This document shows, piece by piece, positions 1-14,714 of a stretch of 64,000 nucleotides of DNA. This DNA comes from the human T2T-CHM13v2.0 reference genome, Homo sapiens: assembly GCF_009914755.1 (NCBI RefSeq), contig NC_060929.1; one strand, written 5' to 3'. The notes below the pieces were generated by a model that was not told the origin of the DNA, did not search any database, and was given only the letters and a program-made list of their open reading frames with translations. The position numbers and the translations under genes were made by a program. How positions within the stretch are numbered: the first letter of the stretch is position 1; every line of letters starts with the position of its first letter.

Positions 1-613
<613 letters not shown>

Positions 614-888
614 CAATACCTCTTATTATCTAACTGAGCATTGTTAAATTCAGGGATGGGTTGCTGAGGGACGATATGACAGATTACACTCGATTTGATG
701 TGTGCTGACTAAGGCCTGTGCATGCCTAGCATTGCTTTAGTCATGGAATGAATCACACTCAGGTTCAGATTCTAGTCCTGCCACTTCCTATGTCCTTGAG
801 CAAGTGCCTTCATTTATCTGAGACTCACTTTCCTTGTCCATAGTTATTCCAATTGCATTTGGTTGCAGTGAGTAGAAATTAAGTATTT

Positions 889-1195
<307 letters not shown>

Positions 1196-1634
1196 TCAAG
1201 TATTTAAAGCACCTAAGGACAGCCCCCAGCCCCATGGTAGTGCTCAGCAAGTGTTTGGTGAATGAATGGATTCATGCTCTACGCTTATATAGAGTTTACT
1301 TTGCTTTCAGATTGGGTTCTGCTTGCTCATTGTACTTATCACTATATGAGAATTGTATTGTTTATTTTCAAATTTGCCACATATTGTCTGTTTCTCCATC
1401 AACACAAAACATTCTCAGGAGAAGAGTTGGTTCCCAGTGCCTGAAAACAGTGCCTAGCACACAGAAGATGGTGAATCAATATTTGTGGTTATTTCTCACT
1501 CACATTCCGTCCAGCAACCCAGTCTTGTTACCAGGAGGCTGTTCAGCACAGGACACTTATCACACCATTTGTTGACCCTCCACTTCCCCCTCTGCCACTT
1601 ATCACACCATTGGTTGACCTGTGCTTGCTTCCAG

Positions 1635-1882
1635 CCATCCTCCGTTACCTGAAGAACGATGGGAAGGTGCATTTGGTGGTTTTCAACAACCTGCAGCTGG
1701 CAGACGGAAGGCGGCACAGGATCCTCCTGAGGCTGAGCAATTTGCAGCGAGGGGCCGGCTCCCTAGAGCTCTACCTGGACTGCATCCAGGTGGATTCCGT
1801 TCACAATCTCCCCAGGGCCTTTGCTGGCCCCTCCCAGAAACCTGAGACCATTGAATTGAGGACTTTCCAGAGGAAGCCACAG
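1635..1882 (+). CDS. THBS4: Thrombospondin-4 exon 3 (laminin G-like N-terminal domain)
   Basis: ccag|CCATCC...CCACAG|gtagga; 248 nt; encodes (A)[18 protein letters not shown]...TFQRKPQ, recognised as THBS4. Exon numbering from recall; exons 1-2 lie upstream of the window. Confidence 0.97.
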
Positions 1883-1949
1883 GTAGGAACCCACAAACCA
1901 TTCTCTGAAGTGGAAAAATGAGCTGCCAGTGCCTAGGGAGTGCAGAGGA

Positions 1950-2165
1950 GCGTGCTGAGAAATTCCTGCTGCAGGTCAGTGGGTCTAATGCCGCTTGCAC
2001 ATCAGAATCACCTGCGGAGCTTGAAAAGCAAGTGATAGGGGGCTGCCCCTAGGACAAACTGAATCCGAATCTGTCGGGTGGGGCCTAGCATATTTTTATG
2101 CTAGGGGCATCAGCATATTTTTAAAATACCAATTCTAATGTGATGCCGAAATTGAGAGCTTGTGC
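1950..2165. mobile_element. MER5A-like hAT DNA transposon remnant
   Basis: cacatcagaatcacctg...tgaatccgaatct...ggtggggcc...ttctaatgtg. Confidence 0.55.
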
Positions 2166-4055
2166 TTTCAATGATAAGTAGAGACTCTGGATACAATTGT
2201 AACGTTGGAAAGGAAGGGCAAAAGTAAAAATAACTACCTCAGGGTGATGACATTATCTATTTTCAATTTTCTATAATGAAAATAAAAAAGAATGATTAGA
2301 AACTGCCAAGCTTTCATAACAGCATTTTCACAGGTCTTGTCAGAACATCCACTAACAAAAGGGAGCTTAGCTTAGCTGCATTTGGTCTTAAGATACCATC
2401 ACCTCTGTCTTCTGTTTTACTCCAGGTTGATGGTATTTTTATTATTCTGTCATTGCACCTGCTGTAGAAATTGCCACATACATTTCTTTTAGAATTTTGT
2501 GCTAGGCAGTGCTTTGTTTTCTATAAAGAACTAGTATTCTTTGTCCTTTCCAATAATGTATAACTGGTTAAAGTTCCTGAATTTCATCCGCTATATAAGC
2601 CAATGTCAAATCAGTAACTATGTTCTTCTGTAATGGTCCATATTATTTTTGTCTGCTACCTCTCAATCCTCACTTTCCATTTGTTAATTCATTATATTAA
2701 TATATGCTTTAGTTACAAGCTACTCTGAGCCCTTTGTACAGAGAAGCAGGGTGTAAGCAATAATTTCCATTGCAAGTAGGAATGCTGTGCAGTTTTAGAT
2801 AGTAATATAAAAACTATGAATCTGATCCTAGAAGTTTTGCCCTTGAACAACAGGAAGCATTTTTAATCAGAAATTCCAAGAAAGCTAAAATCCGAGGTTT
2901 TTGGGGATTTTTGTTTTTCAGTCATATATAGAGAGATTTTTAATGTAGATTTACATATGGAAAAAAATTAATAGAAAGATATGCTAAACTCTCTTTCTGC
3001 ATCCCCATAGTAGCGCATGTAATCAGAATGACAGTCAGAAATTGTGTCACTGCTTATTTCAGAAATTAGTGTTCACCACCAAATAAGTCAATTTCTAAAA
3101 GTCAGGACTCACCCCTGACAAAGTCATCAGAAACTGTACTTACTGGAATTTTCTCAGAAGCTCTACCTCCTTAGACCATGGTAGTGATCACAGTGGCTCA
3201 GTCTCATAATCACCTACTCACTCATTCAGTCAGTCAACAAATGGGCACATTCTAGGCATTAGTGCTACCATGGTGGGCAAAGCCAGTCATTTTCCTGACT
3301 CTGCGGAGATTATAGTCTGATGTCCAATACAATATGTGTTAAATAGCACATGTTGCCTAAATCTTAGCTAAATCAAAAAGCAGAATTCCTCTGAAAATCC
3401 TTAGCTGTGCTCATTTCTAAAATAAGGATGATGACTTCACTTTGGCAGTTAACATAAATGTTTTGTTGTATATAGATATAATAAAGGTGATTGCAAGCAG
3501 CATTCACAAGATAAAAGGGCAAGGACATTGACTTTTTGACTAACAATGAATAATATCAACCCGTAATATAAAAATATGATGCCAACTACCTAATGATCAT
3601 AGAAGATATCATTTATTCATTCTCATATCCCAAAGAAGTCAGAGGCTTTGCTAGACCCTTGAGCCAAGACAACCAAAAAATAATACTGTTTAAAATTGGG
3701 GTTAACACCTTATTTATTATTATCTAAATTCCATAAACAAATTACAGACAATTCTTAAGAGGCTCCTGCCACAAAATAACTCCTTTACCATGTAGGAAAA
3801 GAGCCTTTCGTTTTCTCAGCTGTCTTGGTGACAATGCCAGCATTTTCCTAGGCTACTGGCTACTTACATATTCACTTTAGTCAAAAAGATAGGGCTGGCA
3901 GGCTTTAGGAAAAAATGTGATCCTACAAAATTATGTAAGATGTCAGAGGGTCCAAGTATACAGGACTACTTGATTATGAAAATTGCGTGAGTAGGCAAGC
4001 ACATTGGCTTTTGAACAGTGTCAGCAATCTGTGGTATGAATGTGATTTCTTCCAG

Positions 4056-4164
4056 GACTTCTTGGAAGAGCTGAAGCTGGTGGTGAGAGGCTCACTGTTC
4101 CAGGTGGCCAGCCTGCAAGACTGCTTCCTGCAGCAGAGTGAGCCACTGGCTGCCACAGGCACAG
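4056..4164 (+). CDS. THBS4: Thrombospondin-4 exon 4
   Basis: tccag|GACTTC...ACAG|gtgtgg; 109 nt; [36 protein letters not shown]. Confidence 0.97.
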
Positions 4165-4557
4165 GTGTGGGCTCTTGGGCAGTTTGCATGCCTTCATCAA
4201 CACAAACTCCAAAGACCCTGAATAGGCTGGGTCCCATCACCGAAAAGTGGGACTGTCAACAGAGCAGCCCAACAAAACGTATCTATGAAAATCAGTCTCT
4301 TGAACAAAATCCAGGGCACAGAATATTTTCATTATGCTTTTATTTTTATGATTCACATGGAATTTAGACTTAGTCAGTGGCATCATTATCATTATTTTTT
4401 TTAGCTGAATTAAAGAAATTACCCCAAATTAAATTCAAAGATTCTGGGTTTTTGAATCATCTTGTCAGGATGATTTCCTGGGGAATAATTTGGTTTTGAG
4501 TCACTTAGAAATGACCATCACTGGCTGAAAACTCTTTGCCTTTTGCTGTTCCTACAG

Positions 4558-4640
4558 GGGACTTTAACCGGCAGTTCTTGGGTCAAATGACACAATTAAA
4601 CCAACTCCTGGGAGAGGTGAAGGACCTTCTGAGACAGCAG
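4558..4640 (+). CDS. THBS4: Thrombospondin-4 exon 5 (pentamerising coiled coil)
   Basis: ctacag|GGGAC...CAGCAG|gtaaca; 83 nt; [28 protein letters not shown]. Confidence 0.97.
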
Positions 4641-4900
4641 GTAACAAGCGGGACATATCATCAGAAAAGCCCTCGTCTTCTTAGAGCAGCTCCCCACAAG
4701 CTAGTGGAGCTGCAGGCCTGCCCAGGCACGGGGGCAGCCTCTGAGCCAGATCTCCGGGGGCCCACGCAGCCCCGCACGCCAGGGCTCTGCTGGAAGTTCT
4801 CTGGAAATGGGGTCCAAGCTCGTGATGAACACACCATGGCTCTAAGCAGAGCGGGAGCCATCAAGGGCTGCTAACGCTACTGTAAGAAGTGTTACAGAGA

Positions 4901-5227
<327 letters not shown>

Positions 5228-5289
5228 TCATTCCTGGATGATATCAGGCATTCCTTTTCAATCCTTTTTTCCCCTTCTCATTTTTAAAG

Positions 5290-5341
5290 GTTAAGGAAAC
5301 ATCATTTTTGCGAAACACCATAGCTGAATGCCAGGCTTGCG
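5290..5341 (+). CDS. THBS4: Thrombospondin-4 exon 6 (end of coiled coil, CxxC)
   Basis: tttaaag|GTTAAG...TGCG|gtaagt; 52 nt; VKETSFLRNTIAECQAC. Confidence 0.97.
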
Positions 5342-5552
5342 GTAAGTGCTTTTCTAGTAATGGGCTCGCCTGAGTTGGATGATGCAGGCTGATGAAGGGC
5401 TTGCGGTGAGGCTGTGTTGACCGCAGTTTCTGAAGGTCTACCACATAGTTGGAGGGGAGGGAGGAAAAGTTCAATAGGAAACCAAATTTTGTTTTGCCTT
5501 CTGTATATCTTCCTGGCGGTGAATACGCCTGTGGATGATTGTTTTTCTCTAG

Positions 5553-5755
5553 GTCCTCTCAAGTTTCAGTCTCCGACCCCAAGCACGGTGGTGCCCCCGG
5601 CTCCCCCTGCACCGCCAACACGCCCACCTCGTCGGTGTGACTCCAACCCATGTTTCCGAGGTGTCCAATGTACCGACAGTAGAGATGGCTTCCAGTGTGG
5701 GCCCTGCCCCGAGGGCTACACAGGAAACGGGATCACCTGTATTGATGTTGATGAG
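5553..5755 (+). CDS. THBS4: Thrombospondin-4 exon 7 (Pro-rich linker, EGF-like 1)
   Basis: ctctag|GTCCTC...GATGAG|gtaaaa; 203 nt; [12 protein letters not shown]...[12 protein letters not shown]...IDVDE. Confidence 0.97.
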
Positions 5756-6328
5756 GTAAAAGTTCACTTAGACTGGGAGGGGATCCCTAAGTATCCTCCT
5801 CACCCTGCAGCTTTTGGAAAAAGAAGCCAAGCTGATGATTAAGGGCTGACTTGGGCTGTCCTCCAGGCTCCATTGAAACCACTTGCTTGGAGACCCTGAG
5901 ACAAGGGATGGCGGAAGGAGACATGACCCAAGGTTATGGCTGCGTTTGTCATTTTTCCTCTGTGTTTCCAACTCTTCTACTGGTCCATTGGCTACAGTGC
6001 TGAGGTTTCTGCTTTACACGCTGACATTTGCATTGGTTATTTCTCTTAAATAGTCTGTGCTACAATTTTGTTTTTCCCCCACTTTTGCAAATGTGGAAGG
6101 GGAGGATTTTTCTAAGGGTATATTTCAGGAGTCACCGTGGATTTCTTCAGGCTTCCTAAAATAAAGGAGCAGAGGGGAATCTCACACCAACAAGGGGGAG
6201 GCCCTGTAACCTATGAGTAACTAAACGTGCCCAGGGAGGGCCCCAGAGGAGGCACATCCAGCAAATACCAGCTATTTGACCGGCTGGCAGAGCCCCAGAA
6301 GAGACTGTTTCAAGACCCTGGTTAGGCA

Positions 6329-6622
6329 GGCCAGCCTAGTGGCTGAAGCCTGCAATCTCAACACTTTGGGAGGCTGAGGCAGGAGGATCACATGAGCCCA
6401 GGAGTTTGAGACCAGCCCGGGCAACAAGACAAAACCCTATCTCTACAAAAAATATGATAATTACTGGGGCATGGTGGCATGTGCCTGTGGTCCCAGCTAC
6501 TCTGGAAGATGAAGCAGGAGGATTGCCTGAGGCAGGAGGTTGAGGCTGCAGTGAGCCATGATGGCACCACTGCACTCTAGCCTGGGCACAACCCTGTCTC
6601 AAAAAAACAAACAAAAAAAAAC
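6329..6622 (+). mobile_element. AluJ
   Basis: Diverged Alu dimer with A-rich tail. Confidence 0.88.
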
Positions 6623-7544
6623 ATGGTTAGGCAATCACCAGTCCAGTTGCAAAGCAATGTTCATAGCAGGTAGCAAGGCTGCCACCAAAATGTGCCTTCA
6701 ATGTGCCTTTCTCCTCCCACCCAGCCCAAGGAAGGCTGAAAGGAGAAGCGCAGGGGAGAGATGCAGGTACATAACTTAGGCACACTGACTCCCTGGGGCT
6801 CCTGCAGGCCCATGGTAATGTTAGTAACACTCAGCTGATTACCTTCGCTAGTAGTAAGCAATTAAGACGGTCTCTAGTAATCCCTCAATTGGAGAAACAA
6901 CTGCATACATTTCACTGAACTGCATCTGGTTTTTATCTGTGAGGTAGAATTTTCCTCTTTCTGAAAGGGCAGGAAGTGGTCATGTTTTTTACATTAGTTG
7001 AAGTGGTTTAAAAAAAACAAAAAACAATCTCCAAGATTCCTAGAGCCTTGGAATAGCATGGACTTGACAGGACATGGAGGCAGGCACAGGCCCTGAGGGA
7101 TTACATGGTAATGAAGAGGCACCGGCCCTGGCTTTGCCTTCTCGAGGTCTTTCTGATTGAGTAGTTGGTTTGCTGATGCTTTTGGAGGCATCTAACAGCC
7201 AGCTAAGTGGTCCAGGGACATAGTCCTTTCACAGAGATTTGCAAATTCCATGTCAGAATATCAGGGAGCTTATTACATTGAGAGGTAGGCTGGTTAATAT
7301 CAAGGACCCTTTCAACATGCATGTGCCATTATTCTACAGCACAGCAAAGCCTACTAAAAAGCAACCTCAGATTGTGTGGTCAGGGATTCAGTGGGTAACT
7401 GGAGTTGGAAGCCTTTATTTCCTTTTATTATTTTTTCCACCAAAAGATAGTTAAATGACTAAACAAGTATGTGCAAATAGATGAAGAAAAGTTTGAGAGT
7501 GTTTTCTCGGTGTGGCTAAAGACTTTGAACTTTTTTGTCTCCAG

Positions 7545-7682
7545 TGCAAATACCATCCCTGCTACCCGGGCGTGCACTGCATAAATTTGTCTCCTGGCTT
7601 CAGATGTGACGCCTGCCCAGTGGGCTTCACAGGGCCCATGGTGCAGGGTGTTGGGATCAGTTTTGCCAAGTCAAACAAGCAG
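7545..7682 (+). CDS. THBS4: Thrombospondin-4 exon 8 (EGF-like 2)
   Basis: ctccag|TGCAAA...AAGCAG|gtaggc; 138 nt; [46 protein letters not shown]. Confidence 0.97.
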
Positions 7683-8388
7683 GTAGGCTGAAGTCATGGT
7701 TTCTATTCATTTCTCATCTTAACAAAACAACTGTGGTTGGTTCCCACCTCTTTGGTATAAACCTTTACCTCCATGAGCAGTCAAGGCCATGTGGAATGTC
7801 ATGGTGCAAAATGAGCAAATTAGGAAGTTTTTCAACCATTTCTGAGTATTTACATTTATAAAATCTAGAAGGGAGGAAGCTTTTAAGAGGGGATAATAGA
7901 GTATCACTAGAAAAACAGTAAATGGGGTAATATGGCTATTGGCATAATTTCAGTCTTATTTTGTTGATAGCTGTTGAGCATTTTGTCCTGCAGAATAAGT
8001 TGAGAACCACGGAGACAAAAGCTTTGAAAAATTAGGTCACTTTTGTAGAGTCATTGTTGCCAATCGAAGCTGTTTCAGAGATGAGGGGATTTTAAGAGTA
8101 GAAATAATCCCCCAAGGCAACCTCCCCTTTTTCTTATGTAAGCTATAAATTGCCATAAAGCACTTGAGTACTTCTTGACAGTCTCCATTTATTTCCCAAT
8201 GCTCTACTATATTCTGGTCATTATTTAACTGACTGACTGTGAAATTCTTTTTGATGTTTTTAGCCCTTAAAAATGGTTGTTCTATAAATATATTTTACTA
8301 CCTTAGGGAAATTATTAGCTTTGAAGAAGGGCAGGGGTTTATTATTTCCTAGCTGCCTATCAAAGGGTTCTAGAGGGCATGATTTTTT

Positions 8389-9458
8389 TAAGTTATTGTT
8401 ATACTTTAAGTTCTAGGGTACATATGCACAACGTGCAGGTTTGTTACATATGTATACATGTGCCATACTGGTGTGCTGCACCTGTTAACTTGTCATTTAC
8501 ATTAGGTATATCTCCTAATGCTATCCTTCCCCCCTCCCCCTACCCCATGACAGGCCCTGGTGTGTGACATTCCCCACCCTGTGTCCAAGTGTTCTCATTG
8601 TTCAATTCCCAACTAAGAGTGAGAACATGCGGTGTTTGGTTTTCTATCCTTGCGATAGTTTGCTCAGAATGATGGTTTCTAGCTTCATCCATGTCCCTAC
8701 AAAGGACATGAACTCATCCTTTTTTATGGCTGCATAATATTCCATGGTGTATATGTGCCACATTTTCTTAATCCAGTCTATCATTGATGGACATTTGGGT
8801 TGGTTCCAAGTCTTTGCTATTGTGAATAGTGCCACAATAAATATACGTGTCCATGTGTCTTTATAGCAGCATGATTTATAAGCCTTTGGGTATATGCCCA
8901 GTAATGGGATGGCTGGGTCAAATCGTATTTCTAGTTCTAGATCCTTGAGGAATCGCCACACTGTCTTCCACAATGGCTGAACTAGTTTACAGTCCCACCA
9001 ACAGTGTAAAAGTGTTCCTATTTCTCCACATTCTCTTCAGCACCTATTGTTTCCTGACTTTTTAATGATCGCCATTCTAACTGGTGTGAGAAGGCATCTC
9101 ATTGTGGTTTTGATTTGCATTTCTCTGATGGCCAGTAATGGTGAGCATTTTTTCATGTGTCTGTTGGCTGCATAACTGTCTTGAGAAGTGTCTGTTCATA
9201 TCCTTTGCCCACTTTTTGATGGGGTTGTTTGATTTTTTTCCTATAAATTTGTTTAAGTTAAGTTCTTTGTAGATTCTGGATATTAGCCCTTTGTCAGATG
9301 GATAGATTGTAAAAATGTTCTCCCATTCTGTAGGTTGCCTGTTCACTCTGATGGTAGTTTCTTTTGCTGTGCAGAAGCTCTTGAGTTTAATTAGATCCCA
9401 TTTGTCAATTTTGGCTTTTGTTGCCATTGCTTTAGGTGTTTTAATCATGAAGTCCTTG
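8389..9458 (-). mobile_element. 5'-truncated L1PA (ORF2 C-terminus remnant plus 3' UTR), antisense to THBS4
   Basis: ORFs 8644-8973 and 9077-9466 are L1 ORF2p C-terminal sequence (WKTVWRFLKDLELEI...YTMEYYAAIKK); 16-bp TSD gagggcatgatttttt at 8373-8388 and 9459-9474. Confidence 0.96.
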
Positions 9459-10375
9459 GAGGGCATGATTTTTTAGACTAGAAAAGGGAGGCCAGCTAGA
9501 CATATAGGAATGATAAGAAGCTGTTAAGAGTCCTCTAAAGACAAAATCTCTAAGAACAAACCAAGGAAACATAAGGTACTTGGTGTAAGGTAGTAAGGAG
9601 CACTTCTCAATAGATTTCCAGTAACAAGGCAGACAGAACTGAAGTGGAAGGGAGCCACCTTGCTAAATTTAACAGCAAATGTTACTGCATTCCAAAGTCA
9701 AAGAAAATAAAAGGAAATGGCGCAGTGTCCAGAAACAAAGAGAAAACTCAAAGCCAGAACTGTGACTAGAGCTGATGCCACAGCAGATCCTGGGAGGTGG
9801 GAGTTGGGTCCAGGTCTTAGTAACAGGGACCTGGCTTTTACCACCTGTGTGGAGTGGATGCAGCAATGTAGTCTGGGAACTTTGGAAAGGCCTAACACCC
9901 CTGCATAAGTCCAGGACCCTCAGAGAACCACCTTATCAATTACAAGGAGACAGGAAACCTTTAGTAGCCCTAAGAAACAACAAAGAAGCTCTTTAGCTTT
10001 AATACATGGTTGACAAAAATGAAAATTGCCTACAGCAAATCAAAGCACCACACTTGTACCACATACAGTTATGAGTTCCAAATCTGTTATACATATAATG
10101 CAGAAACACAAGCCAAAAAATTAAAATAATAACCAGCCATGAAGAAGTGAAATCCCCAGGGCTCTGACTCAAGTCAAAGGCACACCACTCTGTAAAGACA
10201 TGCCAAAATTCAGGGCCAATGGAATGCCCACAGGCAAAATTTGGGCTACTGAAGATATGCTTATAAACAAAAATGGCAGTTTATATAAAGAAACTCCCAT
10301 GAGGAAACATGATAAATGCAAAGTAAATATAAAAAGGTAAAGAAATAAATACCATACTTAAAGAATAGGGCAATG

Positions 10376-10600
10376 CCCCAACTGGGCAACATGGCAAAAT
10401 CCCATCCCTACAAAAAATACACACAAAAAAATTAGCCGGGTGTGATGGTGCATGCCTGTGGTCCCAGCAACCTTGGGAGGTTGAGGTGGGAGGATCACCT
10501 GAGTCTGGGAGGTCGAGGCTGCCGTGAGCTGTGATTGTGCCACTGCACTCCAGCCTGAGCGACAGAGCAAGACCCTGTCTCAACAACAACAACAAAAAAA
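10376..10600 (+). mobile_element. 5'-truncated AluJ within probable old L1M-derived A-rich sequence (~10150-10960)
   Basis: ctgggcaacatggcaaaatccc...gaccctgtctcaacaacaac. Confidence 0.8.
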
Positions 10601-11258
10601 TATAGGGCAATGTGAGAAAAACAGATAAGTTTGTAAAACAGACAAATAAAACTTTTATCAATGGAAAATCGTTGAACTTAATAGATGGGCAAAACAGATT
10701 AGACACAGCTTAGCAGGGAGTTCATGGGCTAGGAGGTGAACCTAAAGAAATCATCTAGAATGCAGCACAGAGAAATAACGACATGGAGCATATAAACAAG
10801 AGGTTAGGAGTCAAAAGAAGATATTAACAAGAAAGTTCGATATTCATCCAATTGTAGTTCCAAAGAAAGACTAGAAAGCAGTCGGGGGAAGCTGAGAATG
10901 TTCCAGAATTGAAAAAAGCTAAGAATCCTCATTTAGGAGAACTGCATTGATTCCCAAGCAAGATTAAAAAAAAAAATAAAACTTTCCTAACCTAAAAAGG
11001 TGATGGAACAGATGAATTATACAAGTTGTCTTTTCTGAATAACTTTCAATACCATGAAAGCAATTCTCATTTGCAATTAGATTAAGTACAAACTGGTACA
11101 AATGCAAGGGAGATGGCACAAATAACCCTCAGATTACCATTCTACCCGAAATTCCGCATCTTCACTTCACACAAAGATAGCAAAACAAAGGAGATTTATT
11201 TGCATTTCTATTTAAGCAGCATGTCTCGCTAAACTTTCTTTGAACTTTTCTGCACTAG

Positions 11259-11327
11259 GTCTGCACTGACATTGATGAGTGTCGAAATGGAGCGTGCGTT
11301 CCCAACTCGATCTGCGTTAATACTTTG
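11259..11327 (+). CDS. THBS4: Thrombospondin-4 exon 9 (EGF-like 3, first part)
   Basis: cactag|GTCTGC...ACTTTG|gtaagt; 69 nt; [23 protein letters not shown]. Confidence 0.97.
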
Positions 11328-11725
11328 GTAAGTATTTCTCACAGCTGTTGTTATCAAAGCAGAACCGGTTATTAAAACAAGTGTATGTTTATAGATCATA
11401 GCTTCCAAACACACCTAGAACATGTGGGCATAATATATTTGATTGGCAGAATAAAGGCAAAAGTTTGTGCTGAAAAAGTGTTTAATATGAGTAATTTTAA
11501 AAGTAATTTTTATGTAAGAATAATTTTATAAGTGCCAAGTTCTTTATTTTCTATCAAAGTTGCAATATTAGGCTATTAGATAACTATTTATTGAGTAAAT
11601 AATTATTACTCCTGTATTTTAAAATTGTGAAGAGCTTGGTAGTTTATATTAATAGTTCAGTATTTTACTGGTGACTACACAATCCCCAAATGGCATTATT
11701 TATTTTCATAAAACTTTCAATCATG

Positions 11726-11979
<254 letters not shown>

Positions 11980-12307
11980 TCATTGTATTAAATTAAAGTG
12001 CTTAGCACTTAGGGATGCCTATAACTTAAGTATTCAGATATGGGTTTTATTTCTGAAAGTTCCTGTCAAACTGTGTCCAAGATGAGAGATGTACCAGAGT
12101 TGACTATCAAGAAAAGAACTACTGATTACGTGTATGACTATTTGAAAGTTATCCAGCCTCTAGGTTCCTTGTTTCCTTGTAAGTAAAAACACTTTACATT
12201 TATCAAGTCACTTATTTTAATCCTCACAACAACCTCATAAACAGGGATTATTATTATCCCCATTTTACAATTGAAGAAACTGAGGGACAGAAATATTACA
12301 TCATTAA

Positions 12308-12472
12308 GTCCAGGCATGGTGGAGCATGCCTATAGTCCCAGCTCCTCAGGAGGCTGAGGCCGAAGGATCATTTGGGTACAAGAGTAGTTTGAGGCTACAG
12401 TGAGCTGTGATCGCCACTGCACTCTAACCTGGGTGACAGAGGGAGACCCTGTCTCCAAAAAGAAAAAAAAGA
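12308..12472 (+). mobile_element. Alu monomer (FRAM/AluJ right arm) inside a MIR
   Basis: ccaggcatggtgg...gagaccctgtctc; flanked by MIR core ccattttaca..gaagaaactgagg. Confidence 0.75.
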
Positions 12473-12924
12473 AATGTTACGTATTTAGACTAAGGTCACA
12501 CATCTTCCAGGTTGGCTACAGAGCCTGAGTTCTTCTCCGCAATGCTATATTGCTTAGGAATAGATGGGGATTTATTGCTTCTCAGCTTTTACCAGGACAA
12601 AGTAGTCTGCAAATAGATTTGCGAGATCTTGGTGTAAAGGTAATAACTGAGCCACCTAGAGAGAAGGAAAGTAGACAGTAAATAGAACTCCAGGAAACCC
12701 CAAAAACGAAGGACTAGGCCAAGGAAAAAGAGCAGAAGCCAGAAAAAGGAGCGAACTGATAGCACAGCCAGGGAGGCTGAAAGATCGAGACAAGTCATTG
12801 GAAAGCATGCATTGGATTTGGCAACTAAGAGGTTGTGAGTGACTTAAATCATTAAACAATATATATACTTCAAATGGATGTCTTTTACGACCTGTAAATG
12901 TTATGCCAATAAAACTGCATAAGA

Positions 12925-13160
12925 TGAAAAAGATCTAATGTACAGCATGGTGACTGTAGTTAATAATACTATATTATATATATGAAATCTGCTAAGAGAG
13001 CAGATCTTAAGTGTTCTCACTGAAAAAGAAAAAAAGGAAGGTAACTATGTCAGTTGATGGATGTGTTACTTAACTGACTGTGGTAATCATTTCACAATGT
13101 ATACGTATATCACATCATCACACTGCACACTTTAAATATATTCAGTTTTGTCAATTATAC
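12925..13160 (+). mobile_element. Old L1M 3' end
   Basis: gatctaatgtacagcatggtgact...ttttgtcaattatacctcaataaag. Confidence 0.75.
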
Positions 13161-13822
13161 CTCAATAAAGATGAAAATTTTAATTTTCATTTTTTAAACA
13201 TATTGTATAATATTTATTACATATATAGTGTGCAGTGTGATAATATATATTATATATATAAAAGCTAAAAAAACCTGGCCCCTGAAGTGTCATTGCAGCG
13301 GAGCTGACAGCTCATTTGTCAGTTTCTCAGCCTACCTCATCAGAAATTCTCAATGCAGGCCACCAGCATTTCTCTGTGCACCCATTCCTTTGTCATTCCA
13401 TTGTAAAAGAGCCAAAGGAACAGCAATAAGAAAAATTAACTTGCTTTTTAAGCAGATCATCTCCCTGTCCCCAGAGTAAACTTCTCACACCACCTCCCAG
13501 GACTTCACTGGAACTTTTGACCTGTCCCCTATGCCCTCCACGGTGGCGCGGGCAACTCAGTGTCATTGGTTCACAGTCCAGCCTTCTTCCTTCACTTCTA
13601 TTCCTTCTTTGTCTGAGTGGCCGGACGCAGCCTCCAGTCTGATGGTGTTTTCATCAACATTCACATGATCTTACATGTAAGCAAAGAAGAAGGCATGGAT
13701 CTGATGCCTGATTCCTGCCAGCAATGAGTACCTGTGAAAATATACACAATAACTGTACCTTTGCTCAAACTGTACCTTTGCCCACAGCTTTCAGCTCATC
13801 ACCTGATCTTTGTTCCTTGCAG

Positions 13823-13975
13823 GGATCTTACCGCTGTGGGCCTTGTAAGCCGGGGTATACTGGTGATCAGATAAGGGGATGCAAAGCGGAAAGAAACTGC
13901 AGAAACCCAGAGCTGAACCCTTGCAGTGTGAATGCCCAGTGCATTGAAGAGAGGCAGGGGGATGTGACATGTGTG
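13823..13975 (+). CDS. THBS4: Thrombospondin-4 exon 10 (EGF-like 3/4)
   Basis: ttgcag|GGATCT...TGTGTG|gtaagt; 153 nt; [20 protein letters not shown]...QGDVTCV. Confidence 0.97.
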
Positions 13976-14714
13976 GTAAGTTGTTTTTTGACTTCCTCTA
14001 TCATTTTTCCTCTTCCATTTTTAACACCACCTCTCTCCAGTTTCTATGTGCTTCAGGGTAAAAGTACTCCAAAATGAAAGCATTGCAATTAAATGAGCAT
14101 GGAGTGTAATAGGAACAGGGTCCACCGAGTTTGTGGGGAGCAGCCTGACATCCATCTAACCATCAGCTGCCTTTTCTCTCCCTCTTGGCTGGGGGGCAAC
14201 CCTGTCCACTTGGGTACCTGGATGCCAGAGCCTCCGGTGAAGCCCCAGCTCCCAAGCACCTTCTATGGAAAGGCCCAGAAGCCAGCAGCAGGGAGGTGAA
14301 GGAACATTCTTCTCCCCTTTCCTTCTTCTGCCCCATCTACCTGCCTGTATAATGACAACATACCTGCTGTCATCTCTAACTGTCCTCATCCTTACAACTT
14401 CCAGAGTCTGTCTGCCTTGACGCTCCTGTTGGGGGTGGGCCATCGTGTAGAGGTGGGGACTGTCATAGTCCCTCCGGGAGAAACCTTCCGTCTTTGGCAG
14501 GTGACTGGCAGGGCCAGACGGCGCCATGCTGTATGTCTACCTCCACTCCAATCAGGGACAGCTCCATGAATGGTCACGCTTCCTGTGCATTCTCCAGCCA
14601 CGGAGCTGGTCTGGGGAGGGGAGGCTGGGAAGAGAGTAGAGCAGTCACAGCAGGGCCTGACATGGGTCCCATGCTGAGCTTGTAGTGGGCCCTATGTGAA
14701 GGAGAGGGCATGCT

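Noticed and set aside
8644-9466. ORFs with clear L1 ORF2p similarity
   Set aside because: Fragments of a 5'-truncated, frameshifted L1; not an autonomous element or host gene
13200-13262. AT-rich imperfect palindrome
   Set aside because: Low-complexity sequence next to an old L1 tail; self-complementarity is expected by chance
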